From an uncultured delta proteobacterium (GTDB lineage Bacteria > Myxococcota_A > Polyangia > Haliangiales > Haliangiaceae), in assembly GCA_963848295.1 (NCBI GenBank), contig CAWKDB010000003.1:1-28524 (forward strand): a DNA stretch of 28,524 nt. The letters are read 5' to 3'. The translations under genes were made by a program, and so were the position numbers. The notes beneath the pieces are model-generated. The model saw only the letters and a list, made by a program, of their open reading frames with translations. It was not told the origin of the DNA and ran no database searches. This document shows, piece after piece, positions 8,724-18,262 of this stretch; position 1 is the first letter of the stretch, and each line of letters starts with the position of its first letter.

Positions 8724-10081
8724 TGAAACGGCGCACGTTCCTGCAGCTGGTCGGTGCCGGCGCAGCGGCAGCGGTCGCGTTTCGCCGCTCGCTGTTTGCG
8801 GCGAGTCCCACGGGGAAGACGAACGAGGAGTTCTTCATCTTCATCCATGCGCTCGGCGGCTGGGATGTCACCCAGTGGTCCGATCCGCGCAACGAGCGGG
8901 TCGGGTTGATCGATCCGGCGTCGACTGCGAACACCGACACCGGCAGGATGAAGCTGTGGAAGAACGTGCCGCTCGAAGGCAACGCGAGCGCGTTCGAGAT
9001 CCTGGCGCCGAGCAATGTACCGATGCGGTTCGGCCCCGGCATCGGGGCGATGTACGACCTCCGCGATCGGATCACGTTGGTCAACGGCTTGGCGATGAAC
9101 ACGGTCAGCCACCCCGACGGGATCGCATACTCGGCGACTGGACGGCACTTGCAAGGCGGGCGGTCGCCGGCATCGAGCATCGACGTCGCGATAGCGAACG
9201 AGCTCGGCACGACCCAATTGATTCCCGACATCGCCGTGCGGTTTCCGTCGTGGTACGTCGGCGACCAACTCGATCGTCGAGCCGTCCCATTGCGCGTGAC
9301 AGATGCCGCGTCAATCGCGAAGTCGTTGGCACGCAGCGACAGCTACCTGCGCGGCGACGATCGCGCGCAGATCAGCAGCGTGCTCGGCGATGAGGCGCAA
9401 GCGGCTGCGCAACTCACGAACAACCCGGCAGCGTACGACCGGCTCGCGACTCAGCTCGGCGCGGAACAGAAGCTGATCGACGACAAGCTGGCGGCAGTGT
9501 TCACCCAGGAGGCGATGAAGACCGCGTACCCCATGTTCGACTACAAGATCCCGTCGGTCAGCGAGGGCGCGCTGGCGTCGGCGTTCGCGATCGAGGCGAT
9601 GAAGCGCAACTTGGTGCGCTGCGTCGGGTTCTCGCTCGGCGCGCTCGATACCCATACAGCGAACTACCGCGAGCACGGCGCGATGTTGACCGATGTGTTC
9701 GGCGTGATCGCGACGCTGATCAAGCAGCTCGACGCGATCCCACACCCGACTCTGTCGTCGGCAAAGATGTCGGAGCACAGCCACATCTTCGTGTTCTCCG
9801 ACTTTTGCCGCACGCCGAACATCAACCTCACGCTGGGCCGCGATCACTATCCAAACAACTCCGCGCTGATCGTCTCGCCGAAGTTCGTCCCGGGCCGGAC
9901 GTTCGGCAAGACCGACGCCGATCAGCTGCTGCCGGCAGAGTCGGGCGTGAAGTTGGCCGGCGACCCGCGCCCGCTCACGCCGCCCGATCTCATGGCGACG
10001 TACCTCCACGCCTTCGGCATCGATCCGGCGCCGTACGTGCGCGATGGCGAGATCGTGAAAGAAATGCTCGCAAGTGTATGA
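8723..10081 (+). CDS. DUF1501 family protein with Tat signal
   Basis: Twin-arginine signal MKRRTFLQ. Motifs FIHALGGWD, LDTH, FSDFCRTP, GRDHY and PDLMATYLHAFGID. TGATG coupling to the upstream gene. Confidence 0.85.
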   Translation: MKRRTFLQLVGAGAAAAVAFRRSLFAASPTGKTNEEFFIFIHALGGWDVTQWSDPRNERVGLIDPASTANTDTGRMKLWKNVPLEGNASAFEILAPSNVPMRFGPGIGAMYDLRDRITLVNGLAMNTVSHPDGIAYSATGRHLQGGRSPASSIDVAIANELGTTQLIPDIAVRFPSWYVGDQLDRRAVPLRVTDAASIAKSLARSDSYLRGDDRAQISSVLGDEAQAAAQLTNNPAAYDRLATQLGAEQKLIDDKLAAVFTQEAMKTAYPMFDYKIPSVSEGALASAFAIEAMKRNLVRCVGFSLGALDTHTANYREHGAMLTDVFGVIATLIKQLDAIPHPTLSSAKMSEHSHIFVFSDFCRTPNINLTLGRDHYPNNSALIVSPKFVPGRTFGKTDADQLLPAESGVKLAGDPRPLTPPDLMATYLHAFGIDPAPYVRDGEIVKEMLASV

Positions 10082-11025
10082 TGCGTGAGATGGAGCGCGT
10101 TCGTTCGCCCGCGCGGTGGCGAAGCCTTGTCGATGCGCTCGGCTTCAAGCTTCGCGGGGTCGTTGCGACCGAGGCGAACATGCGCCGCAGGTTTCGGCTG
10201 CGTGAGCTGTGGCAGCCCGCCGAGATCGCGGCGCGCAAGAAGCTCGCCCGTGAGCTCGCCGCAGAAGTCGATCCGCGGCTCGTCCTAGCCCGCGAGCTCG
10301 GCTATCTGCAGCTACCGAGAGAAGCCACGCCCGACGTCTCGACGGTGTGCGAGATCGGCCGCGAGCGCCAGCGCACCTCCGAACGCGACAGCACCGACGA
10401 GCGGGCGTTCCGTCGCAACAACCTCGCGCGCACCGAGGACTTCGACGCACTGCTGCGATTCGGGCTCGATCGGCGACTTCTCGCGATGATCGCGAACTAC
10501 CTCGGAGTGGTGCCGGTGCTCGCGAACGTCGACTTCCTCTTTGCATTTACGACCCAGCCGCCGTTCAAGAAGAGCCAGCTCTGGCACTGCGATCCGGCCG
10601 CCGATCGCGAGCTAAAGCTGTTCGTCTATTGCGACTCGGTCACGGCTGACGACGGCCCTCTGACGATCGTGCCGGCCCTGTCATCGCGACGCGCGAGAGC
10701 CGAGCTCGGTTACCGCTACGGTGGTAAGCGCTATCGCGTCACCGACCCCGACATGGATCGCGTGGTACCGCCCGACCATCAGGTGCCCCTACTCGGAGCC
10801 GCCGGCACTGTGAACGCAGTCGACACGATCAGCTGCTTTCATTACGGCAGCCGAATTGTCGCTGCTGATCATCAGCGCGTCGTCGCCGTGTTCGTCTACT
10901 GCCCGCCGAGCTCGACGAATTTGCCGCGGCGGTTGGCCTCTGGCGGCGGGCCTCTCGCGCATCTCGCAGCCAACTACTCGGATCCTCTCGCCCGTGCGGT
11001 CCTTGGTTCCCCCGTCGCAACCTAG
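10078..11025 (+). CDS. PhyH-like Fe(II)/2-oxoglutarate dioxygenase
   Basis: SQLWHCD (HxD), LKLFVY..DSV...DGPLTIVP, G.AGTV..VDT..CFHYGSR (distal His), followed by RVV. ATGA overlap with the DUF1501 stop. Confidence 0.75.
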   Translation: MMREMERVRSPARWRSLVDALGFKLRGVVATEANMRRRFRLRELWQPAEIAARKKLARELAAEVDPRLVLARELGYLQLPREATPDVSTVCEIGRERQRTSERDSTDERAFRRNNLARTEDFDALLRFGLDRRLLAMIANYLGVVPVLANVDFLFAFTTQPPFKKSQLWHCDPAADRELKLFVYCDSVTADDGPLTIVPALSSRRARAELGYRYGGKRYRVTDPDMDRVVPPDHQVPLLGAAGTVNAVDTISCFHYGSRIVAADHQRVVAVFVYCPPSSTNLPRRLASGGGPLAHLAANYSDPLARAVLGSPVAT

Positions 11026-11114
11026 CGGCAAACCCTGGTTTTCAGGTTTTTCGAGCTTGGCAATACGTACCGAACTCTGGCATGAACTCCAGAGGGCCGC
11101 GAAGCCACAAACCC

Positions 11115-11702
11115 ATGATGCGCCTCGTGTTCCTGCTCCTCGCGCTCGTCGCGTGTACCGACAATCCGCCGGCGACCTATCCCACGATCGCACCGCTCGA
11201 CGTCACCAAGCTAAAGCTCGGACCGGGCGACAAGCTCGAGCTCACGATCTTTTATGGCACGAAAGAAAACAAGACCGACTACTCGCTCGACGGCTCTGGG
11301 CAGATGGCGGTGCAGTTCATCGGTAGTGTCGAAGCCGGCGGCAAGCACGTCAAAGAAGTTGAAGCAGAGATCCAGAAGCGACTCGCCGACGGCTATCTGA
11401 ACGATCCCGTGGTCCAACTCACGATCGTCGAGATCAACTCGCTATCGTGCTCAGTGCTCGGCCAGGTCCAACACAATGGGACCGTCAAGTATACGCCCGG
11501 CATGACGATCGTCGACGCGATCGCGCAAAGTGGTGGGTTCTCGCCTCTCGCGCGCAAGAACTTGGTGCAGGTGACCCGTCAGAACGACGAAGGAAAAAAG
11601 CTGACATACGAAATTCCGGTCGACATGATCGGCGAGGGCAAGCGGCCCAACTTCCAGATGATGCCCGGTGACGAAGTGTTCGTTCCCGAGCGGCGCTGGT
11701 AG
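11115..11702 (+). CDS. Short OPX polysaccharide export lipoprotein (Poly_export + SLBB, no membrane-spanning D4)
   Basis: Lipobox LVAC. Motifs LGPGDKLELTI, FIGSVEAGGK, YLNDPVV, VLGQV..G, DAIAQSGGF and PGDEVFVPERRW. Only 195 aa. Confidence 0.9.
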   Translation: MMRLVFLLLALVACTDNPPATYPTIAPLDVTKLKLGPGDKLELTIFYGTKENKTDYSLDGSGQMAVQFIGSVEAGGKHVKEVEAEIQKRLADGYLNDPVVQLTIVEINSLSCSVLGQVQHNGTVKYTPGMTIVDAIAQSGGFSPLARKNLVQVTRQNDEGKKLTYEIPVDMIGEGKRPNFQMMPGDEVFVPERRW

Positions 11703-14132
11703 ATGCGGCCACGCGAGTGGATCGCGGCCGCAAGTGGAGTCGCGGCTGTCGCCGTCGCGATCTTCGCGCTCGGCGGGACTGCGCGATGGGCGCAAGCGAT
11801 CGTCGCGGGTCTCGTCGCGATCGCGGTCATCGCGCAGGTATGGTCGCGCAAGGTCCCCGCTCGTATTCCGCCGCTGCTCGTCATACTCGGAGTCGCCACC
11901 GGCTTGACCGTGCTGCAGCTGATCCCGGTCGGCGAGCACATCGTCAACGCGCTCAACTCGACCGGCGCAGCGTTGCGCGAGGACGGTGCGGCCCTCGCGG
12001 GTGTCCATCCAGCGAATACGCTGACGTTCGACCAACCGGGCACGTTGTCAGCGCTGGCCTTCTTCTTGACGTTGCTCGGTGTTGCAACCGTGTCGTTGCG
12101 GATCGCGATCTCGGAGAAGGGCCGGTTCGGTCTGCTTGCCGTCGTCGCGGGTGTGTGCGGGCTCACGGCGTTGATGGTCGGACTCCAAGCGCTGTTTGAT
12201 TCCGACGAGCTCTACGGCCTATACGAACCGCTGCATGCGACACCCCGCGTGCTCGGACCGTTGCTCAACGACAACCAGCTCGGTTGCCTCATGGCACTCG
12301 GTGCCGTGGTCAGCGGCGGCCTCGTCATGCATCGCCGCCAGCAACCATGGATGCGCGTCGTCTGGCTCGTGATCGCGACCGGTTGTGCTGTCGTAGCACT
12401 CGCCACGCAATCGCGTGGCGCCGCGATCGCCCTCGGCTCGGGCGGCATCGTGCTCGTCGCCGCACTGGTCGGCCAGGCAGTTGCGAAAGACTCGTCGCGG
12501 CGATCGCGAGGGCTGGCGAGCGGGTCGATGCAGATCGGCATCGTCGCTGTATGTGCGGTGGTGGCGGTTGTGTACGCGAGCTCGGGCGGGGTCACGCAAC
12601 AGATCGAGAACACCTCGTTCAACGAGGTCCACAATCCACGCAGTAAGTTCGCGGCGTGGCAAACCGCAGCAGAGCTCGTCGAGGAATCGCCGTGGACTGG
12701 CTGGGGGCGAGGCTCGTTCGAGTCCGCGTTTACTCGCGTTCACCCGACGAGCGGGCTCGCGACTTTCGCGTACCTTGAGAACGAATATCTGCAGACCGTG
12801 GTCGACTGGGGCATCCCGGGCGCGTTCCTGATCGGCGCTGCAGGCATCTGGTTCGCGATGAAAGCCTTCGGACGTTGGCGAACGGGGCCGCTTGCCGCCG
12901 GCGGGCTCGCTGGGATCACGGTCGTAGCGCTGCAGAGTAACGTCGACTTCGGGGTCGAGTTCTTGGGCCTCGCGATCCCCACAACGATCGTTGCCGCAAC
13001 GTTAACGTTCGTACCAATGCGACAGCCCGGTCGTCGCGCGCTGCGCGCTGCGCGATCGATGCGACTGGTTCATGCTCTCGCGATCCTCGCCGGCGCTGCC
13101 GTCCTGTTATCGGCAGCGACTACGACCGTTCAGGAGGATCACGACAACGCGCAGGATCTGCTGACGCTCAACACAACCGATCTGCGCGATTCGATCGAAC
13201 GGCATCCGCTCGACTACCGCGGGTACTTGCTCGAAGCGGTCGTGCTGACACGCGATCATCACGAGCAGGTCGCAATCGACATGCTCAACCACGCACTCGA
13301 GTTGCACCCAACGCACGCTGGGCTTCATCTGTTCCTCGGCGAGCTGTTCCGCGAGGACAAGAAACTGGACCAGGCGTCAATCGAATACGCATCGGCGCTG
13401 CGCTCGAGCACGACCTCGGGGCGAACGATAGGCGAGATCGTCGAGCGTATGCCGACTGCCGACCTGATCGCGCGATCGATCCCGCCTGACTATTTTCGCT
13501 TCTACGACGTGATGAACGTGCTCGAACGCGAGCAGCGGTTCGATGTCGCGATCGACTGGTTGGAACGCGTGCTAGCTACCGGAACCGACAACCTGCGCAC
13601 GTGCGCCGCAATGTACTCGCTTGCCGCGCGGTCGAAACAGCTCGATCTGATCGGCGTCGCGACCGAGAAGTGCCCCCAGTACAGCCCGACCAACCAGATC
13701 AAGCGCTACCTCGCGAAGAACGCCTACGACAATAAGGACGCGAAGACCGCGCTGCGCCTGCTCAGTGATGTCGAGTCGTGGAGCGGGAGCGTCACCGACA
13801 AGTTCGAAGCGTGGCTAACCCGCTGCGACTCGCTGCTCATGCTCGAACAGTTCGACGATGCCGAGCAGTGTCTTCACAAACTCGACGCGACCGGCTATGC
13901 GCCGCGTCACGAAGTGCTCGACAAGCATCTCGCGGCTGTAAGGAGTGCACGGGCGATCCACGATGGAGTGCCCGAACCGCGAGCCGACGAAAAGCCCGCG
14001 GTCGCGCCAACGCCGACACCGCCTGATCCTGCGCCGAAGGACCCGAGCCTACCCCCGACCAAGGCAGTGCCTCTGCCCGCGTCACTGCAACCGCTCGTGC
14101 TCCCGGCGACGGGCAGCGGCAGCGCTCACTAG
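11703..14132 (+). CDS. O-antigen ligase family (Wzy_C) membrane protein with TPR-like C-terminal domain
   Basis: Many hydrophobic segments. Motifs GPLLNDNQLG, TQSRGA, PWTGWGRGSF, ENEYLQ..VDWG and LQSNVDF. Helical tail (ALELHPTHAGLHLFLG) and a Pro-rich end. Confidence 0.82.
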   Translation: MRPREWIAAASGVAAVAVAIFALGGTARWAQAIVAGLVAIAVIAQVWSRKVPARIPPLLVILGVATGLTVLQLIPVGEHIVNALNSTGAALREDGAALAGVHPANTLTFDQPGTLSALAFFLTLLGVATVSLRIAISEKGRFGLLAVVAGVCGLTALMVGLQALFDSDELYGLYEPLHATPRVLGPLLNDNQLGCLMALGAVVSGGLVMHRRQQPWMRVVWLVIATGCAVVALATQSRGAAIALGSGGIVLVAALVGQAVAKDSSRRSRGLASGSMQIGIVAVCAVVAVVYASSGGVTQQIENTSFNEVHNPRSKFAAWQTAAELVEESPWTGWGRGSFESAFTRVHPTSGLATFAYLENEYLQTVVDWGIPGAFLIGAAGIWFAMKAFGRWRTGPLAAGGLAGITVVALQSNVDFGVEFLGLAIPTTIVAATLTFVPMRQPGRRALRAARSMRLVHALAILAGAAVLLSAATTTVQEDHDNAQDLLTLNTTDLRDSIERHPLDYRGYLLEAVVLTRDHHEQVAIDMLNHALELHPTHAGLHLFLGELFREDKKLDQASIEYASALRSSTTSGRTIGEIVERMPTADLIARSIPPDYFRFYDVMNVLEREQRFDVAIDWLERVLATGTDNLRTCAAMYSLAARSKQLDLIGVATEKCPQYSPTNQIKRYLAKNAYDNKDAKTALRLLSDVESWSGSVTDKFEAWLTRCDSLLMLEQFDDAEQCLHKLDATGYAPRHEVLDKHLAAVRSARAIHDGVPEPRADEKPAVAPTPTPPDPAPKDPSLPPTKAVPLPASLQPLVLPATGSGSAH

Positions 14133-14950
14133 CCCGAGAGCTCGGCGACGCAGGCGGCGGCGATCGCGGTCGGCGACGCGAGCACAGTATCGTAGTGCGT
14201 TTGCGCGGCCGCAAAGTCGATCGCGGTCCCTTGCCACGTTGATAGCGCGCCTCCGGCTTCGACGAGCAGGACTTGGCCGGGCGCAACGTCCCAAAGCTTG
14301 TAGCGGAACTGCTTCGCGTAGAGATCGCCGCGCGCTTCGGCGACGCGACAGATCTTGAGCCCGACCGAACCACACTCGACCATCACGCCAGCGTGGCGAG
14401 AGACCAGCGCGCCGACCGGTCCTGCCGGCGGGGTACTGTCGACGTAACGCACGCCGCGTTCGAGCGTCGAGATCGGGGACACGCGCAGCCGCTCCGCGGT
14501 GTCCGCAATGCGCCATGCGCCGGCACCGTGCGCTGCGACATAGACAGCACCGGTGACCGGCTCGGCGATCGCTCCAAGGCGCGGCACGCCATCGCTGACG
14601 TATGCGACCTGAACACAGAACCCGTCATAGCCGTCGACGAAACTTCGCGTGCCGTCGAGTGCATCGACAGTCCAATAGTCGCGTGCACCAGGCCATGGTC
14701 TTCCCGCGCGATCGAAGCGCTCTTCGGCGAGCACCTTCTCGCCCGCGAAGCTGCCCTCGAGCATCCCAAGCACCCAGCCTTCGGCCGCGAGGTCTGCCGC
14801 CGTCTTGAGCTGGCCGCCAGGCGCTTCCATACCGGCGATGGCTCCCCGCAGCTCGAGCAGGCCTTTGCCCGCGGAGCGCACCGCGGCGACCGCGACCGCG
14901 AGTCGCGAGTGCCAGCGCGACGCGACGAGCTCAGCTGGGAGTGTAATCAC
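14129..14950 (-). CDS. Inositol monophosphatase family / CysQ-like phosphatase
   Basis: Motifs KTAAD, LAEE, WTVDALDGTRSF, GSVGLKIC.VAE and WDVAPGQ..L.EAGG. Confidence 0.85.
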   Translation of the reverse strand: MITLPAELVASRWHSRLAVAVAAVRSAGKGLLELRGAIAGMEAPGGQLKTAADLAAEGWVLGMLEGSFAGEKVLAEERFDRAGRPWPGARDYWTVDALDGTRSFVDGYDGFCVQVAYVSDGVPRLGAIAEPVTGAVYVAAHGAGAWRIADTAERLRVSPISTLERGVRYVDSTPPAGPVGALVSRHAGVMVECGSVGLKICRVAEARGDLYAKQFRYKLWDVAPGQVLLVEAGGALSTWQGTAIDFAAAQTHYDTVLASPTAIAAACVAELSG

Positions 14951-15777
14951 GTGAACGCCTCGAGCATTCCCGCGAGCCGGCGATCGAGCGATGGTGGATT
15001 CCAGCCGAGGTGGAGGCGAGCCCGGGCGATGTCGAGTTGGAACACCGGGTGGGCGACGCCCGGAGCTACCTCGACGGTAGAACCGGCGCCTGCAAGCGCT
15101 GCGACCCGATGTGCGATCGCGACAAGCTCGATCGGTTCGCCGTAGCCGAGGTTGAACGCGCCGTGAGGCGGATCCGAATGAAGAGCGGCCTGTACGAGCC
15201 CTTCGGCCGCGTCGTCGACGTGCAGCAACTCCCAGGGGGTAGGCGTCGGTGTCGTGACGCGCAGCAGTTCGCCGGCGCGAGCGGCCCGGCAGAAGTGAAA
15301 CAACGCGCCGTTGCGCCGCTGTTCGCTGAACAAGCCGCCGAAGCGGAGGACGCTGACCGGCACATCGTGCTCCGCGCGGAGCACGATGTCCTCAGCGAGG
15401 ACCTTGCCGCGACCGTAGAGTTGCATAGGATCGCGTGGGTGATCCTCGGTAACCGGGAGCTGTTGCGGTAGGCCGTAAACCACCATCGACGACGCGTGGA
15501 CTAGGCGGCCGCGCGCGGCTCTTGCTACGTGCAGGGCGATGCGCGAGTGCGCCATAAAATCATCCGCCGCGACCGTCACCGGCGCGGCGAGGTGAATGCA
15601 GACATCCCAGCGCCACGGCGTGAGCGCCCGCTCCGCCGCGGCATCGTCCACGAGATCGACGAGGAGATCGCCTGAGCTGCGTGCGAGGGTCGTGACTTCG
15701 CAGCCACGATCGCGCAGCTTCGCGACCACTCGGCTGCCGAGGAAACCACTCGCGCCGGTGACGAGGACCGTCGTCAT
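14947..15777 (-). CDS. NAD-dependent epimerase/dehydratase (extended SDR)
   Basis: MTTVLVTGASGFLG, IHLAA, ASSMVVYG, YGRGK (YxxxK) and LHVDDAA. ATG 15777 overlaps the upstream stop. Confidence 0.87.
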   Translation of the reverse strand: MTTVLVTGASGFLGSRVVAKLRDRGCEVTTLARSSGDLLVDLVDDAAAERALTPWRWDVCIHLAAPVTVAADDFMAHSRIALHVARAARGRLVHASSMVVYGLPQQLPVTEDHPRDPMQLYGRGKVLAEDIVLRAEHDVPVSVLRFGGLFSEQRRNGALFHFCRAARAGELLRVTTPTPTPWELLHVDDAAEGLVQAALHSDPPHGAFNLGYGEPIELVAIAHRVAALAGAGSTVEVAPGVAHPVFQLDIARARLHLGWNPPSLDRRLAGMLEAFT

Positions 15778-16773
15778 TTCGGTCGCAGATCGATCGGCTG
15801 CCAATCGCTCTCTTTGACGTATAGCTGCGCGGTGTAACGCAGCATCATCAGGTCGGGCTCGAACGTCAACCGTCCTGGATCGAGGCCACGATCGTGGCGC
15901 AGCACCGCATCGACTTCGTTGACCCCGGACGCGAGCGTCAGCGCCATCGTCGTCGAGTACCTCGGGTTGATCTCGATGACGCGTGGCACGCGGTCGGCGC
16001 CGAGAATTAGCTGAACGTTGTATGGCCCGCGCGGCTGCAGCTCGCGCGTGATCGCACGGCATAGCGCGTCGATCTCGGGCACCGCGCGTGTCACGCCGAC
16101 TTGCGTGATGCCGCGCTTTTCGACTGCCTCCTTCGGCACGACCGCAAGCAGCTTGTTGTCGAGGCCAACCACGACGCTCGTGGTGAACTCTGGGCCGGTC
16201 AGTCGCTCCTGCACGATGAAGCGCTCGGCCGGCTTCCCGGCGGCTGCGAGATACGCGGCGAGGTCCGCAGGTGACTCGAGGAAGGCCAGCCCGCGGCTAC
16301 CGCGGCCCTGGCGCGGTTTGACGATCGCGGGATAGGTCGCAGCCGCAGCGTCGCTCGCGACCCAGACTGCTCGCGACCGATAGCCCGCGCTCGGCGAGCG
16401 CCTGCGCCATCGTCCACTTGTCGAGTACGAGGTCACAAAACTCAGGAGCTGGCGTGATGACCTTGATTGCCGGCGCCTCCGCTCGCACGAACGCGTGAAC
16501 CTTGGGGATCTCTTCGTCGACGAGCGGAACGAGATAATCCGGCTGCTCGCGACGGATGATCTCGCGGAGCACCGGCACGAACTGCTCGTCTACGCCGAAC
16601 GGCACCACGTATGACCGATCCGCGAACGAGAATCCTGCGGAGTTTGGTATCGCGTCCGCCGTGACTACCTCGTAGTCGAGCGCCTTGAGCGCTTTGACAG
16701 CCTCGATCGTCGCGCCCCCGCTCCCACCTGTGAAAAACACCTTGATCCGCTTGCGAGTCATTGCCGAGGCCAT
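15774..16773 (-). CDS. ATP-grasp ligase, CarB/PylC-like type found in polysaccharide loci (frameshift near 16368)
   Basis: The N-half (FADRSYVVP, LVPLVDEEI, LDKW) joins the C-half (YPAIVKPRQGRGSRG, IVQERL.GPEFT, YNVQ, IEINPRYS) across one indel. The start is 16773 or 16761. Confidence 0.82.
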
Positions 16774-16797
16774 GCCCGGACTCTACTCTAGCAAGAG

Positions 16798-17445
<648 letters not shown>

Positions 17446-18262
17446 AACTGTTCCGAATCCGAGGCATACAACTCGGTCAACCGCGCGAGTAGCGCAGGCG
17501 CCAGCGGCGGATTCTTCGTCGGCTTCGAGACCGCTCGGATCATCGCTTCGCGTAAGCGCTTACCTGGCATCTCGCCGAGGAACCGGCGCGCGATCCGCTT
17601 GGGCCCTCCCTGATACCGGCCGAGCCACTGGATCGCCCGCGTTACCGGCAACAGGCGGGACTCGCGTGCGGCATTCGATTTCTCGAGCACGAGCCTGCGC
17701 GGCGTGACGCCGAGAAACCCCTGACATTCGGCGAGCACTCTCGCCGGCTCGCGTACGAGCTCGTCGAAGCCGAACACGCGGATTAGGTCTGGGCCGAACC
17801 GTTCGCGATAGACGTCGAGGTTATGGCCGTACATGCCGTGGCGGACGACAAAGCCCGCGGCGGTCGCCTCGGGTGACGCGAGCTCGTCATCGACCACTTG
17901 ATCGAACGAGCGACGTTCGCGCCCAGTGTTGTGACGAAACCAATAGTGCGAGCGCGCGCGTTGAACGGGGTCGCGTGCCAGCGCGATCAACTTGCACGCC
18001 GGATTCGTGCGCCGCGATTCGCTCCGCGGCAAGCGGCGTAGCGAAGTAGTCGGGAGTCGCCTCACCGCGCAGTTGTTCGGAGCGCGCCTGCTCGAAGTAC
18101 TGCGCGAGCCAGGTCATGCCACGCTCCCAGTTCTTGTCGAAGAACCCGAGCTCCTTGCGTTCGGGGATGAACAGATCTGGATGCTGACTCAACGCGTCAG
18201 CGAGCGACGTTGTCCCGCACTTCGGCGCGCCGACGATCAGGAACTCCGGCAGCACGAAGAAC

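Noticed and set aside
9790..9860. Formylglycine sulfatase signature in the DUF1501 protein (FCRTP)
   Set aside because: It does not match CxPxR. It is a variant of the DUF1501 EFGRTP motif.
11026..11114. sigma54 promoter or terminator upstream of the OPX gene (two TGGCA copies; CTCTGG-N8-CCAGAG at 11075-11094)
   Set aside because: There is no TTGC at -12 for either TGGCA. The stem is short and has no U-tract, so it is unsupported.
13960..14132. Pro-rich/GSGS tail as a sorting signal (MYXO-CTERM/PEP-CTERM)
   Set aside because: There is no transmembrane helix or basic cluster after it, so it is just low complexity.
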